Source: Nitrosopumilus sp. (GTDB taxonomy: Archaea > Thermoproteota > Nitrososphaeria > Nitrososphaerales > Nitrosopumilaceae). Taken from it: 64,000 bases of DNA. Each line of letters begins with the position of its first letter. Positions within the stretch are counted from its first letter, which is position 1. The notes below the pieces were generated by a model. That model was not told the origin of the DNA, made no database searches, and was given only the letters and a program-made list of their open reading frames with translations. This document shows positions 29,178 through 39,193 of the stretch, in pieces. Both the position numbers and the translations under genes were made by a program. Location: contig CBDBLO010000002.1 of the NCBI GenBank assembly GCA_965207075.1, positions 1,792,001 to 1,856,000 of the forward strand. Direction: 5' to 3'.

Positions 29178-29657
29178 CTAGGCCTTGACCATGTACACCT
29201 CGTCAAGCAGCCAGTCGCACAGGGCCGTCACGCGCTCGTCGAACACGGTCCACACGTGCAGCGAGTGGGGCAGGATGTCTATCTTCCACCCCTCCGTATA
29301 CACCCGCACACCCTCCTTGTCCTCGTACATGTACGCGTCCTGTATCTTTACAGAGTCCCCGAATATCTCGCGGGCCCTCGACTTTATCACGTCCCGGTCT
29401 ATCGGAAATCGTTTGCGCTCGTAGTCTATTATCATGCTGAGGTCGCGCTTGCCGTACATGTCGTACTCGTTTATGCGCCCCTCCTTTGGAAAGTTCACCA
29501 CCAGGTTCATGTTGTACTTGCGGCCCACCTTTTTTCCGATCTCCACTATGCGCGCGTATCCCAGCGCGGGGTTGCGCCTCAGCAGCAGCATTATCTGGGC
29601 CAGATCGCGCTTGAGCTGGCCTTGCAGATCGGCGGTAATCTGCGAGAATGCAGCCAT
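29178..29657 (-). CDS. Hypothetical protein
   Basis: Strong coding bias from the ATG at 29657; TATAT box upstream. Confidence 0.8.
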   Translation of the reverse strand: MAAFSQITADLQGQLKRDLAQIMLLLRRNPALGYARIVEIGKKVGRKYNMNLVVNFPKEGRINEYDMYGKRDLSMIIDYERKRFPIDRDVIKSRAREIFGDSVKIQDAYMYEDKEGVRVYTEGWKIDILPHSLHVWTVFDERVTALCDWLLDEVYMVKA

Positions 29658-30047
29658 CACACGGGGCCGGCGGCCTCGGTTGATATACCTACCTAGCGGT
29701 GGCGGGCGCGGTGCGGGTAAGCAGTCGGCGGGCGCGCAACTGGTTTTAATGATCTGCAGAAGAGTGGACCGGACGGCGGAAAGCAAGTGACCGCCCTGCA
29801 ACCGGCTTGCCGAAGGATCAGGGGTTTTCCATCCGCGGCCTCCCTGCCTCCACGCCTGCGCGTTCTATAACACCCACGCATGCACCACATCGAACCCGCC
29901 TGCCGTTATCTCTCCCTTGGCAACAGGCCGTCTGGAATACGCCTGCGCGTACAAGTCAGTTTGGTTCTGGCCGATCAGGCAGCGCCAGAGGGCGATGCTC
30001 GTTGCAGCCTGCAGGTTTGGTCATCGGAGGCTGGCTGTTCAGACACG

Positions 30048-33000
30048 TCATCCGTAGCCGATCGTAAGTGTCCAGCTGTTCAGGGTGCCCTCGTCTCCGT
30101 CGTAATTGTCGTGAAGGCGTAGCATCCATGTTCCGCTGATCTCGGTTCCGCCAAAGTCTACCTCATAGGTCTCGGTTATGTCGTCGGAGGATCGGCCGGC
30201 GCGGTCGTGCAGCGTCATGGTGGTGCCGTCGGGCGCCACGAGCTGCACCAGAAGGTCGCCGATGTGTTCGTGCTCGATGTCCACGGACACGGACACGGAC
30301 GAGGCGGTGCCTGAGTCGGTGACGGTAATCGTGTCAGTCGTGTACGCGTCGTACGGCACGTGCAGGGACGGCGAGCTGGTACGCGTGAACGTTTTGGATC
30401 CAGACGGGGCGGTGACAGTGTAGGACTGGTCGTCGCCTGTCGGGGCAAGGCCCGACAGCGCTTGGCCGGAACCGTCCACGATGTCGTTGTCCTGCGCGAC
30501 GTCCAGGTTGTACGCGCCCGCCTGCGGCGACGCGACGGTGACATAGTACTGGCTGCCCGAGCCGGTCACGGAAATCTCAGGGTCGACACCCACCCCGAGC
30601 GTCAGGTTCCAGCTGTTCAGGGTGCCCTCGTCTCCGTCGTAGTTGTCGTGGAGGCGCATAGTCCAGTTCCCGCTGATCTCGGTTCCGCCAAAGTCTACCT
30701 CGTAGGTCTCGGTTATGTCGTCGGAGGATCGGCCGGCGCGGTCGTGCAGCGTCATGGTGGTGCCGTCGGGCGCCACGAGCTGCACCAGAAGGTCGCCGAT
30801 GTGTTCGTGCTCGATGTCCACGGACACGGACACGGACGAGGCGGTGCCTGAGTCGGTGACGGTAATCGTGTCAGTCGTGTACGCGTCGTACGGCACGTGC
30901 AGGGACGGCGAGCTGGAGTATGCGTGAACTAGATGATTGGCGCCCGGACTGCCCGGGGCAAGCTCAAAGTCGCCCGCGTCCACGCCTGTCACGGCCTCGC
31001 TGAACGTCACGTTGAACACGAGCATGCCGCTGTCGGTGGTGGCGACGGTGGGGTCGTGCCTCGTGATGGATTCCACATATGGCGGCGGATCCGACACGAT
31101 GACCGTCCGGGTCACCTGGGCGGCGGATCTGTTGGAGGCAGACGAGCAGTCGTACGTTATGGTGTACGTGTCGGCGACATCCGTGTCTACGGGGTTTGCC
31201 GTGACCAGCCTGGACGAGATGTCGTTGCCGTTGCCGTCATCGCACGTGGCGCCGTCGTCTGCGTACGCGGAACCGGTTGGCACGTGTACAGTCGGCGGCC
31301 CGGTCAGCGTGACAACCGGCAGGACCGAGGTGGTGACAGTATAGGACTGGTCGTCGCCTGTCGGGGCAAGGCCCGACAGCGCTTGGCCGGAACCGTCCAC
31401 GATGTCGTTGTCCTGCGCGACGTCCAGGTTGTACGCGCCTGCCTGCGGCGACGCGACGGTGACATAGTACTGGCTGCCCGAGCCGGTCACGGAAATCTCC
31501 GGATCTGCGTCCACCCCGAGCGTCAGGTTCCAGCTGTTCAGGGTGCCTTCGTCCGCGTCGTAGTTGTCGTGGAGGCGCATCGTCCAGTTCCCGCTGATCT
31601 CGGCGCCATCAAAGTCAACCTCGTAGGTCTCGGTTATGTCGTCGTCGCTGCCGCCGGTGTGGTCGTGCAGCGTCCGGGCGGTGCCGTCGGGCGCCACGAG
31701 CTGCACCAAGAGGTCGCCGATGTATTCGTGCTCGATGTCCACGGACACGGACACGGACGAGGCCGCGCCGGAGTCGGTGACGGTAATCGTGTCATTCCTG
31801 TATACGTCGTACGGCACGTACAGGGACGGCGAGCTGGAGTATTCGTATCTCAGGATGTTTGGACTGCCGGGGTCAAGCTCAAAGTCGCCCGCGTCCACGC
31901 CGGTCACGGCCTTGCTGAACGTCACGTTGAACACGAGCGTGCCGCTGTCGGTGGTGACGACGACGGGGTCATGTCTGGTGATGGATACCACGGAGGGCGG
32001 AGGATCCGACACGGTCACCGTCCGGGTCACCGGTACGGCGGATTTGCCGGACTCTGACGTGCAGTCGTACGTTATGGTGTACGTGTCGGCGACACTCGTG
32101 TCTACGGGGTTTGTCGTGACCAGCCTGGACGAGATGTCGTTGCCGTTGCCGTCATCGCACGTGGCGCCGTCGTCTGCGTATGTGGAGCCAGTCAGCATGG
32201 ACACCGTCGGCGATCCGGCCATCGTGATGACCGGCGGGGGTGTAACGGTGACAGTATAGGACTGGTCGTCGCCTGTCGGGGCAAGGCCCGACAGCGCTTG
32301 GTCGGAACCGTCCACGATGTCGTTGTCCTGCGCGACGTCCAGATTGTACGTGCCCGCCTGCGGCGACGCGACGGTGACATAGTACTGGCTGCCCGAGCCT
32401 GTCACGGAAATCTCCGGGTCGATGTCCACTCCGAGCGTCAGGTTCCAGCTGTTCAGGGTGCCCTCGTCTCCGTTGAAGTTGTCGTAGAGGCGCATCGCCC
32501 AGTCTCCGTTGATCTCGGTTTCGCCAAAGTCCACCTCGTAGGTCTCGGTTATGTCGTCATCGTTGCCGCCGGTGTGGTCGTGCAGCGTCCGGGCGGTGCC
32601 GTCGGGCGCCACGAGCTGCACCAAGAGGTCGCCGATGTATTCGTGCTCGATGTCCACGGACACGGACACGGACGAGGCCGCGCCGGAGTCGGTGACGGTA
32701 ATCGTGTCATTTCTGTATACGTCGTACGGCACGTACAGGGACGGCGAGCTGGAGTATTCGTATATCAGGGTGTCCGGACTGCCCGGGTCAAGCTCAAAGT
32801 CGCCCGCGTCCACGCCGGTCACGGCCTTGCTGAACGTTACGTTGAACACGAGCGTGCCGCTGTCGGTGGTGGCGACGGTGGCGGGGTCATATCTGGTGAT
32901 GGATACCACGGAGGGCGGCGGATCCGACACGGTCACCGTCCGGGTCACCTGGGCGGCGGATCTGCCGGACTCTGACGTGCAGTCGTACGTTATGGTGTAC

Positions 33001-35159
33001 GTGTCGGCGACATCCGTGTCTACGGGGTTTGCCGTGACCAGCCTGGACGAGATGTCGTTGCCGTTGCCGTCATCGCACGTGGCGCCGTCGTCCGCGTACG
33101 CGGAACCGATCAGCACGGACACCGTCGGTGGCCCGGCCAGCGTGACAACCGGCAGGACCGAGGTGGTGACAGTATAGGACTGGTCGTCGCCTGTCGGGGC
33201 AAGGCTCAACAGCGCGCGGCCGGAACCGTCCACGATGTCGTTGTCCTGCGCGACGTCCAGGTTGTACGTGCCTGCCTGCGGCGACGCGACGGTGACATAG
33301 TACTGGCTGCCCGAGCCTGTCACGGAAGTCACCTGGTCGACTTCCACCCCGAGCGTCAGGTTCCAGCTGTTCAGGGTGCCTTCTATTCCGTCGTAGTTGT
33401 CGTAGAGGCGCATCGCCCAGTCCCCGCTGATCTCGGCGCCATCAAAGTCCACCTCGTAGGTCTCGACTATGCTGCCGGTGTTGCCGCCGGTGTGGTCGTG
33501 CAGCGTCCGGGCGGTGCCGTCGGGCGCCACGAGCTGCACCAAGAGGTCGCCGATGTATTCGTGCTCGATGTCCACGGACACGGACACGGACGAGGCCGCG
33601 CCGGAGTCGGTGACGGCAATCGTGTCATTCTTGTATACGTCGTACGGCACGTACAGGGCCGGCGAGCTGGAGTATTCGTATATCAGGGTGTCGGCTTCCG
33701 GACTGCCCGGGGCAAGCTCAAAGTCGCCCGCGTCCACGCCGGTCACGGCCTTGCTGAACGTCACGTTGAACACGAGCGTGCCGCTGTCGGTGGTGGCGAC
33801 GGTGGGGGTGTGCCTCGTGATGGAGGTGGCGGCCGGGGCCGACTGGGAAGGTGGGTTGACCCTGATGGTGGGAGAGATGGAATTCTCCACGCCAGGAGAA
33901 ATGAGGTTCACCTCGGTGGTGTTGGCAGTTATCGTTATGTAATACTCGGACTTGGTGTGGTAGTCGGACGGGGAATTGAGGACAAGGCGTCCGTCCGTAA
34001 TCGCGAAATGATCGGCGTCGGCGCCCGTGATGTTGTAGTTGTCAACGCCCGTGTCAAACCCGACTTGCGGGGATATGCTCGCAACTGCCGTCCCGCCGTG
34101 GTCCACGTACGTGTCTTCCAGGACGACAAACCACGGTCCCAGATTCCTGTCAAAGGCGGTAGCGTAACTAAACATGGAAGCCATGCCGTACAGGTAGTCC
34201 ACGGAGGAGACGTCCCAGCCGGAGATGTCGGCGTTGAAGGAGCTTGCGCCAGCGAACATTGCATACATGCTTTGCACGGAAGAAACGTCCCAGCCGGAGA
34301 TGTCGCCGTTGAAGGCATTTGCGACCTGAAACATCTGCGTCATGTACTCCACGGAGGAGGTGTTCCAGCCGGAGATGTCGCCGTTGAATTTGTAGGCATC
34401 AGAGAACATGTACGTCATGTCAGTCACGCTGGACACGTCCCAGCTGGACAGGTCGCCGTCAAAGCCGTATGCCTTGTTGAACATGTATCGCGTGCTGGTC
34501 ATTGGGGACACGTCCCAGCTGGACAGGTCGCCGTCAAGATACGTGTTGTAAAACATGTTGAGCACGGAGGGTCGGGAGGAGAGATCCGGCGCGTCAGTTG
34601 CCCGGTACTGCATGTTTGTGGCACCTTTGAACATCTCCGTCATGTCGGACCATTTGGTATCCCCCCACTGATCCAGCGACAGGAGCATTTTCGGGGTATC
34701 AAAGGTTCGGAAAACATCATAGTAGTGAAAGTAAAAGCGCGTCAAGTCGCCGGAGATCGACACCGTGGAATTTCTGAGTACGGCGGGTCCGTCGTATATG
34801 TAATAGTGGTCCACGGATCCGGATGCGTTGTACGACCGTGGCGGGCTGCCGTCCCCCCAGTCTATGGCCACCTGGCCGCCGGATGCCACGCCTATGTGAA
34901 ATCCGATACCCGCCAGGCTTTTGGTGCCGAGAGACGTCCCGGTGGTGTTCCACGTGGTGACAAAGGCGCCGGTGTCGGGCGTTTGCGCGTGCGCCTGCGG
35001 CAGCAGTGCCGCATGCCCCGGCGCATCCGCCAGCTCAGGCCAAACCGTGGCAGCCGCTGCCACCAGCACCACAAATACGGCCAGCGACCAGCCTAGCGAC
35101 TGTCTCCGGAACCTGGCACGGCCGACAGTAGATGCGGCAAAATAGTGGAAAGTCGGCAT
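30048..35159 (-). CDS. Large secreted protein: DUF285/BspA-type repeats, 4 Ig-like domains, 5 proprotein-convertase P domains, 3 DUF5011-like Ig domains
   Basis: FNGDISGWDVSSV..M..MF repeats; VDIEHEYIGDLLVQLVAPDGT...G.W.MRL.DNY.GDEGTLNSW.L (P domain); PVVTL.G.....GSAYADDGATCDD (DUF5011-like). Confidence 0.9.
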   Translation of the reverse strand: MPTFHYFAASTVGRARFRRQSLGWSLAVFVVLVAAAATVWPELADAPGHAALLPQAHAQTPDTGAFVTTWNTTGTSLGTKSLAGIGFHIGVASGGQVAIDWGDGSPPRSYNASGSVDHYYIYDGPAVLRNSTVSISGDLTRFYFHYYDVFRTFDTPKMLLSLDQWGDTKWSDMTEMFKGATNMQYRATDAPDLSSRPSVLNMFYNTYLDGDLSSWDVSPMTSTRYMFNKAYGFDGDLSSWDVSSVTDMTYMFSDAYKFNGDISGWNTSSVEYMTQMFQVANAFNGDISGWDVSSVQSMYAMFAGASSFNADISGWDVSSVDYLYGMASMFSYATAFDRNLGPWFVVLEDTYVDHGGTAVASISPQVGFDTGVDNYNITGADADHFAITDGRLVLNSPSDYHTKSEYYITITANTTEVNLISPGVENSISPTIRVNPPSQSAPAATSITRHTPTVATTDSGTLVFNVTFSKAVTGVDAGDFELAPGSPEADTLIYEYSSSPALYVPYDVYKNDTIAVTDSGAASSVSVSVDIEHEYIGDLLVQLVAPDGTARTLHDHTGGNTGSIVETYEVDFDGAEISGDWAMRLYDNYDGIEGTLNSWNLTLGVEVDQVTSVTGSGSQYYVTVASPQAGTYNLDVAQDNDIVDGSGRALLSLAPTGDDQSYTVTTSVLPVVTLAGPPTVSVLIGSAYADDGATCDDGNGNDISSRLVTANPVDTDVADTYTITYDCTSESGRSAAQVTRTVTVSDPPPSVVSITRYDPATVATTDSGTLVFNVTFSKAVTGVDAGDFELDPGSPDTLIYEYSSSPSLYVPYDVYRNDTITVTDSGAASSVSVSVDIEHEYIGDLLVQLVAPDGTARTLHDHTGGNDDDITETYEVDFGETEINGDWAMRLYDNFNGDEGTLNSWNLTLGVDIDPEISVTGSGSQYYVTVASPQAGTYNLDVAQDNDIVDGSDQALSGLAPTGDDQSYTVTVTPPPVITMAGSPTVSMLTGSTYADDGATCDDGNGNDISSRLVTTNPVDTSVADTYTITYDCTSESGKSAVPVTRTVTVSDPPPSVVSITRHDPVVVTTDSGTLVFNVTFSKAVTGVDAGDFELDPGSPNILRYEYSSSPSLYVPYDVYRNDTITVTDSGAASSVSVSVDIEHEYIGDLLVQLVAPDGTARTLHDHTGGSDDDITETYEVDFDGAEISGNWTMRLHDNYDADEGTLNSWNLTLGVDADPEISVTGSGSQYYVTVASPQAGAYNLDVAQDNDIVDGSGQALSGLAPTGDDQSYTVTTSVLPVVTLTGPPTVHVPTGSAYADDGATCDDGNGNDISSRLVTANPVDTDVADTYTITYDCSSASNRSAAQVTRTVIVSDPPPYVESITRHDPTVATTDSGMLVFNVTFSEAVTGVDAGDFELAPGSPGANHLVHAYSSSPSLHVPYDAYTTDTITVTDSGTASSVSVSVDIEHEHIGDLLVQLVAPDGTTMTLHDRAGRSSDDITETYEVDFGGTEISGNWTMRLHDNYDGDEGTLNSWNLTLGVGVDPEISVTGSGSQYYVTVASPQAGAYNLDVAQDNDIVDGSGQALSGLAPTGDDQSYTVTAPSGSKTFTRTSSPSLHVPYDAYTTDTITVTDSGTASSVSVSVDIEHEHIGDLLVQLVAPDGTTMTLHDRAGRSSDDITETYEVDFGGTEISGTWMLRLHDNYDGDEGTLNSWTLTIGYG

Positions 35160-35529
35160 ATTAACTTTATCGTACATTAGCACATAAGGCACAAGAGTAA
35201 ATAATATTGACAAGGCGGTGCGAAGAATACGCCCCTCTCCCACCCCCCACTTCCAGGTGAAAAGAAGCGGCTTCCTGCCGCCGTCAGTGAATTTTCTACA
35301 TACCCGCGCCCGCGGTACGCCCGCCCATTCCCGGGGGAGTCCTGTTCTCTTCTTCCCCATACTTCGGGACAGAACCAGCATCAGAACAGGCGCCAGTCCG
35401 ACCCGTCGCGGAGCCTATCTAGCAGACTTGTCCATCATTATTATACAATCTCAAATAATCATTAACATATACAGTGAATCTGCGCTTTGAGTGATAAGGG
35501 TTTTTTTACACCCGTGCCTAACCCACGCC

Positions 35530-36201
35530 ATGGCAATGCCGGCGGACTACAGCGACGACAACAGCGGCGCCAGCGCCGCCATGTATATGGAGGACGAATC
35601 GGAGAGGACCGACGACGTCAACGAGTACAGGCGCATCTGCATAGACTTTGTCAGGGACATACAGCACGACTACGAGAGCTGGGTCGACTACTACAAGCTG
35701 CCCGAGGACGAGGATGCCCGCAGGCGCGAGGGGATACGGGCCGCCGTCGAAAGGAGCTGCGAGTGGATAGCAAAGGTGGCCCAGACCATCAAGTCAGTCG
35801 ACATTGCAATGAACGACGGCCTGCAGAAGATGGCAGAGGCGACGGCCGGCAGGCCCCTTGAGATCGGGGTCTTTGTAAACAAGATGTCCGGGTACACGGA
35901 GGCGAGTGCGGGGCCCATAGAGGTGGTCGCAAAGGGGGCCGCCAGGCAGGGCAGAAGGATCAAGATCGGATTCCACTTCAAGGACGACAGGTTCAGAACG
36001 GAGTCAACGTGCGGCGCGTACCTCTCAGACGAGGGGCTGCCGCCGGACGCCTGCGGGATGCTTGACGCGCACCTGACCCTCCACGCGGAGGACGCCCAGC
36101 GCAGGGACCTCATCTCGTTTACGGTAACGTTTGCAGAGGTGGACTCGGACGGAAGCGAGATCGAGAAGAGGGGCCTGACCACCATAGTGCACATTGTTTG
36201 A
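35530..36201 (+). CDS. Hypothetical protein
   Basis: 223-aa acidic ORF with host-like GC3 bias; no recognised motif. Confidence 0.7.
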   Translation: MAMPADYSDDNSGASAAMYMEDESERTDDVNEYRRICIDFVRDIQHDYESWVDYYKLPEDEDARRREGIRAAVERSCEWIAKVAQTIKSVDIAMNDGLQKMAEATAGRPLEIGVFVNKMSGYTEASAGPIEVVAKGAARQGRRIKIGFHFKDDRFRTESTCGAYLSDEGLPPDACGMLDAHLTLHAEDAQRRDLISFTVTFAEVDSDGSEIEKRGLTTIVHIV

Positions 36202-36213
36202 GCGTCACGCGCG

Positions 36214-38586
36214 TCAGTCCAAGTAGCCCACGAGCGCGCCCGTCCCGGCCAGTCTGACGAACCCGAGCCGCTCAAGCGAGTCCGTGTCGCTGGCGACCAT
36301 CACGCCGTCGGATATGGTGTACAGGACGTCCTCTATGTAGAACGTCCTGGCCGATCCGTCCGCGTAGGGGAGCGGGTCCGCCGACACGGCCGAGTGCGAG
36401 ACGGTCCCGCGTATTGCAATGCCGTCCTCCGCGTCCAGATTCAGGACGTAGAATCCCGACCAGTAGTCCCTGTAATAGTCGTCATACTCGATCACGTTCT
36501 CGGACTCGGACGGGTGCAGCGTGTCGCCAAGATCCCTGTAGGGGCCCTTGACGGGCATCGACAGTATGTCACGCGCACCGTCAAAGAAGAAGGCCTTGTG
36601 GCTCGACAGAGCGTCCGAGTACGTCTCCGAGCCCCCTATTATCAGGTCGTCTGAGACGGACGGGTTCGAGACGTCCGAGACGTCGAACAGGGCTATCTTG
36701 AGCCCCAGCTGCCTAACCCACCTGTCGCCGTCAAGCGTGGTGTCGCGGCCCACCCCGATCACGTGCTTTTCATCGTACGGGTGCAGGTAGTTCGAGAAGC
36801 CCGGAATCTTGAGCTCGCCGAGTATGCGCGGCGTGTCGCCGGATATGTCAATGACAAAGAACGGATCCACCTGCTGGAACGTTACAAGGTACAGCCGATC
36901 CCCCATGAACCTGGCCGAGTATATGCTCTCGTCGGGCGCCACGTCCTCAAGCGAGCCGACCTCCTCCAGGTTGTGGTCAAGCGTATAGACCCCGTTTGAC
37001 CTGCTAAAGCCGCCGTACTCCGTATAGTATTCGGTCGTGGTGGCCACCCGGAGCCGGTCGCCGCCGCCGCTCTCCCCGAGGGAGAACTGGTTGAGGAGCC
37101 TGCCGGGCACGGCGCCGCGCGCCACGTACTCGATACCGCCCTCCTCCCCGCTGCCTATCGAGACCTTGTGGATCACCGTCTTGGTGCGGTCCCTCTCAAG
37201 CGCCGAGTCGTACGATACCAGCGCGTCCTGTATGCGCTCAAAGAGCCTGTCGCGCTCGCCGGCCCCAAGCCCGTTGTAGTAGTCTTCAAGTATCTCGGCA
37301 ATCACCTGCCACTGGCCGCGCGAGCCCTCAAGCCACTCGGCCTCCTGCGCGTCGAGTATGTCGCGCTGTACCTCGGCCGGCAGCAGTGGGACGATCGCCT
37401 CAAAGAAGCGCTCCTTGGCGGCCTGCTCGTAGTTGTAGCCCGGGGGCACGCTCTGCAGGTACGTCAGGTAAAAGTACGAGTGCGTCACATAGTACGTGCC
37501 CGTGTTGCCCATCAGGAACGTCTCAGACGAGATGGATCCGCCGCCGTCGCCGCCAGAGAGGTCTATCTCGGCGAGGGTCGTGAACGTCGAGAGGTTCCAC
37601 TCATCATCAAAGTAAAAGATCCGGGGCGCGACCTCCTCCGAGTCCCGCAGGATTATGGGAAAGTCCGGACGGTCATAGTCCACATGGCTCGTGGCCACCA
37701 CGTAGACGCTGTCGCCTATCATCCGGGCGTCCTCAAACCACCCGTCTATCGAGTATTTGGTGCGGATCTCGGGCGCCGAACGGTCGGATACGTCCAGTAC
37801 GACCGCGTGCGTGACAGGCTTGTACGACCGCCGCGGCTCAAAGTCGTACTCTCGTATCACGAGATCGTCGCTCTGCGAGGTGTAGAACACCACCAAGTCG
37901 TCCCCGTTGAGGAACATGTCTCGGATGTAGTCCGGATCAATGTCAAGGGCCACCTTTGTGACGATGCCCATGTCGCTGGCAGGCCACACGTCAACGATCG
38001 TAAGCATGTTACGCGCCGCCACGTATGCGTACTGGCCGTCGTTCTTGACGTAATCCGGCTCGTCGACGCCCTCGACCTGCACGTTTGTAGTCGAATAGTC
38101 GGTGCCGTCTCCCACGCCGGCCGTCTCCGCGGCATCATCGAACATCATCCCGGGCTCCGATTCTGCCATCATGACATCGGATCTTGCAAACATCATCATG
38201 TCCGAGCCCATGCCGGCCTGCCACCTGCCCGCGGACCGATCCTGCAAGGACGCCGCGTTTATCAGGTCGACAAGCTGCTCCCTTGTGGTTATCTCCAGTG
38301 CCCCCTCGATCCCATGTGCCGGAGAGAGTGGGACTGGATCCGTTGCTACCGCCGGCGCGTCGCCGTCTGCAGGTGTCGGCTGCTGCGCCGACGTGCCGTT
38401 GTCCAAGCGTATATCTGCAGGCGGCGGTTCAACGACAGGCGGCGGTTCAACGACAGGCGGCGGTTCAACGACAGGCGGCGGTTCAACGACAGGCGGCGGA
38501 GCATTGTCGGCGGGGGCAAGCACAAGGGCAGCTCCGATTCCAATCGCGACGATACCTATGATGACGGCCAGAATCACATTGTTCAT
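36214..38586 (-). CDS. Secreted beta-propeller domain protein (COG4880-like)
   Basis: YSTTNVQVEGVDEPDYVKNDG, LLNQFS, RVATT, YSARFMGD, VTFQQVDPFFVID, LKIPGFSNYLHPY. Confidence 0.92.
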   Translation of the reverse strand: MNNVILAVIIGIVAIGIGAALVLAPADNAPPPVVEPPPVVEPPPVVEPPPVVEPPPADIRLDNGTSAQQPTPADGDAPAVATDPVPLSPAHGIEGALEITTREQLVDLINAASLQDRSAGRWQAGMGSDMMMFARSDVMMAESEPGMMFDDAAETAGVGDGTDYSTTNVQVEGVDEPDYVKNDGQYAYVAARNMLTIVDVWPASDMGIVTKVALDIDPDYIRDMFLNGDDLVVFYTSQSDDLVIREYDFEPRRSYKPVTHAVVLDVSDRSAPEIRTKYSIDGWFEDARMIGDSVYVVATSHVDYDRPDFPIILRDSEEVAPRIFYFDDEWNLSTFTTLAEIDLSGGDGGGSISSETFLMGNTGTYYVTHSYFYLTYLQSVPPGYNYEQAAKERFFEAIVPLLPAEVQRDILDAQEAEWLEGSRGQWQVIAEILEDYYNGLGAGERDRLFERIQDALVSYDSALERDRTKTVIHKVSIGSGEEGGIEYVARGAVPGRLLNQFSLGESGGGDRLRVATTTEYYTEYGGFSRSNGVYTLDHNLEEVGSLEDVAPDESIYSARFMGDRLYLVTFQQVDPFFVIDISGDTPRILGELKIPGFSNYLHPYDEKHVIGVGRDTTLDGDRWVRQLGLKIALFDVSDVSNPSVSDDLIIGGSETYSDALSSHKAFFFDGARDILSMPVKGPYRDLGDTLHPSESENVIEYDDYYRDYWSGFYVLNLDAEDGIAIRGTVSHSAVSADPLPYADGSARTFYIEDVLYTISDGVMVASDTDSLERLGFVRLAGTGALVGYLD
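38418..38499. repeat. 18-bp coding tandem repeat x4.5 (PPPVVE linker)
   Basis: CAGGCGGCGGTTCAACGA perfect units at 38418, 38436, 38454 and 38472. Confidence 0.95.
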
Positions 38587-38686
38587 TATTTTATAATCTC
38601 CGCTCTCAAGTAAAAGATCCTATAGAATGGATTTAAAGGTGCGGATTTGGTTCTTTGTTATGAAGCTGCGCGCGGCTGCCGCAGCA

Positions 38687-39106
38687 TCATCCGGCTGTAG
38701 CAAAATCATCATCACGGCATCCGTCAAGTGACACCTCTATTGCCACCCTGCGCTCCGTTGCCCTCTCCTGTCCGGGATACTTTAGCTCCGAGATGATCCG
38801 CAGCAGGCCCTCGTCGGATACTATACGCGCCGCGCCGCGCGCGCTCTGCTCCCCGCGGATCACCACCACGTCGGGGTTGGCAGCCGCGTTGAGGTACCAG
38901 TCCCCGTCCGGCCGGTGCCGTGAAAAGTAGAGCCTGCCAGAACGGGACACGGCCCTGAGCGGGACGGCATGCTCGTTGCCGGTCCGGCGGCCCCTTGTCA
39001 CAAGAACAGCCCTGAACGCCGCCCCGTCCGGCGCCCCCAGTGCCGTGGCGCTGCCCGCCGGTTCCGGCGGCGGCCCGGTCGCGTAAACGGCGGGATCCGA
39101 GGGCAT
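38687..39106 (-). CDS. Deazaflavin (F420)-dependent nitroreductase/DDN-like split-barrel protein
   Basis: LVTRGRRTG...VPL, DWYLNAAANPDV. Confidence 0.8.
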   Translation of the reverse strand: MPSDPAVYATGPPPEPAGSATALGAPDGAAFRAVLVTRGRRTGNEHAVPLRAVSRSGRLYFSRHRPDGDWYLNAAANPDVVVIRGEQSARGAARIVSDEGLLRIISELKYPGQERATERRVAIEVSLDGCRDDDFATAG

Positions 39107-39193
39107 GCCGCGGGTTCCAAGTCAAGTAATTTAACGCCATTGGTGGAATTTGACAATGCTCACGTTGATAAGCAAACTTTGCCACCAGACGTC

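Noticed and set aside
30933-35096. Long plus-strand ORFs (374, 225 and 534 aa)
   Set aside because: Antisense shadows caused by high GC3 of the real minus-strand gene
30048-35159. Diversity-generating retroelement target/template repeats
   Set aside because: No reverse transcriptase in the window; repeats are in-frame domains and differences are not confined to adenines
38418-38499. Shared GACAGGCGGCG core with the 15-bp repeat at 656, as a dispersed element
   Set aside because: Short GC-rich match with different periods; likely chance, and this repeat encodes an ordinary proline linker
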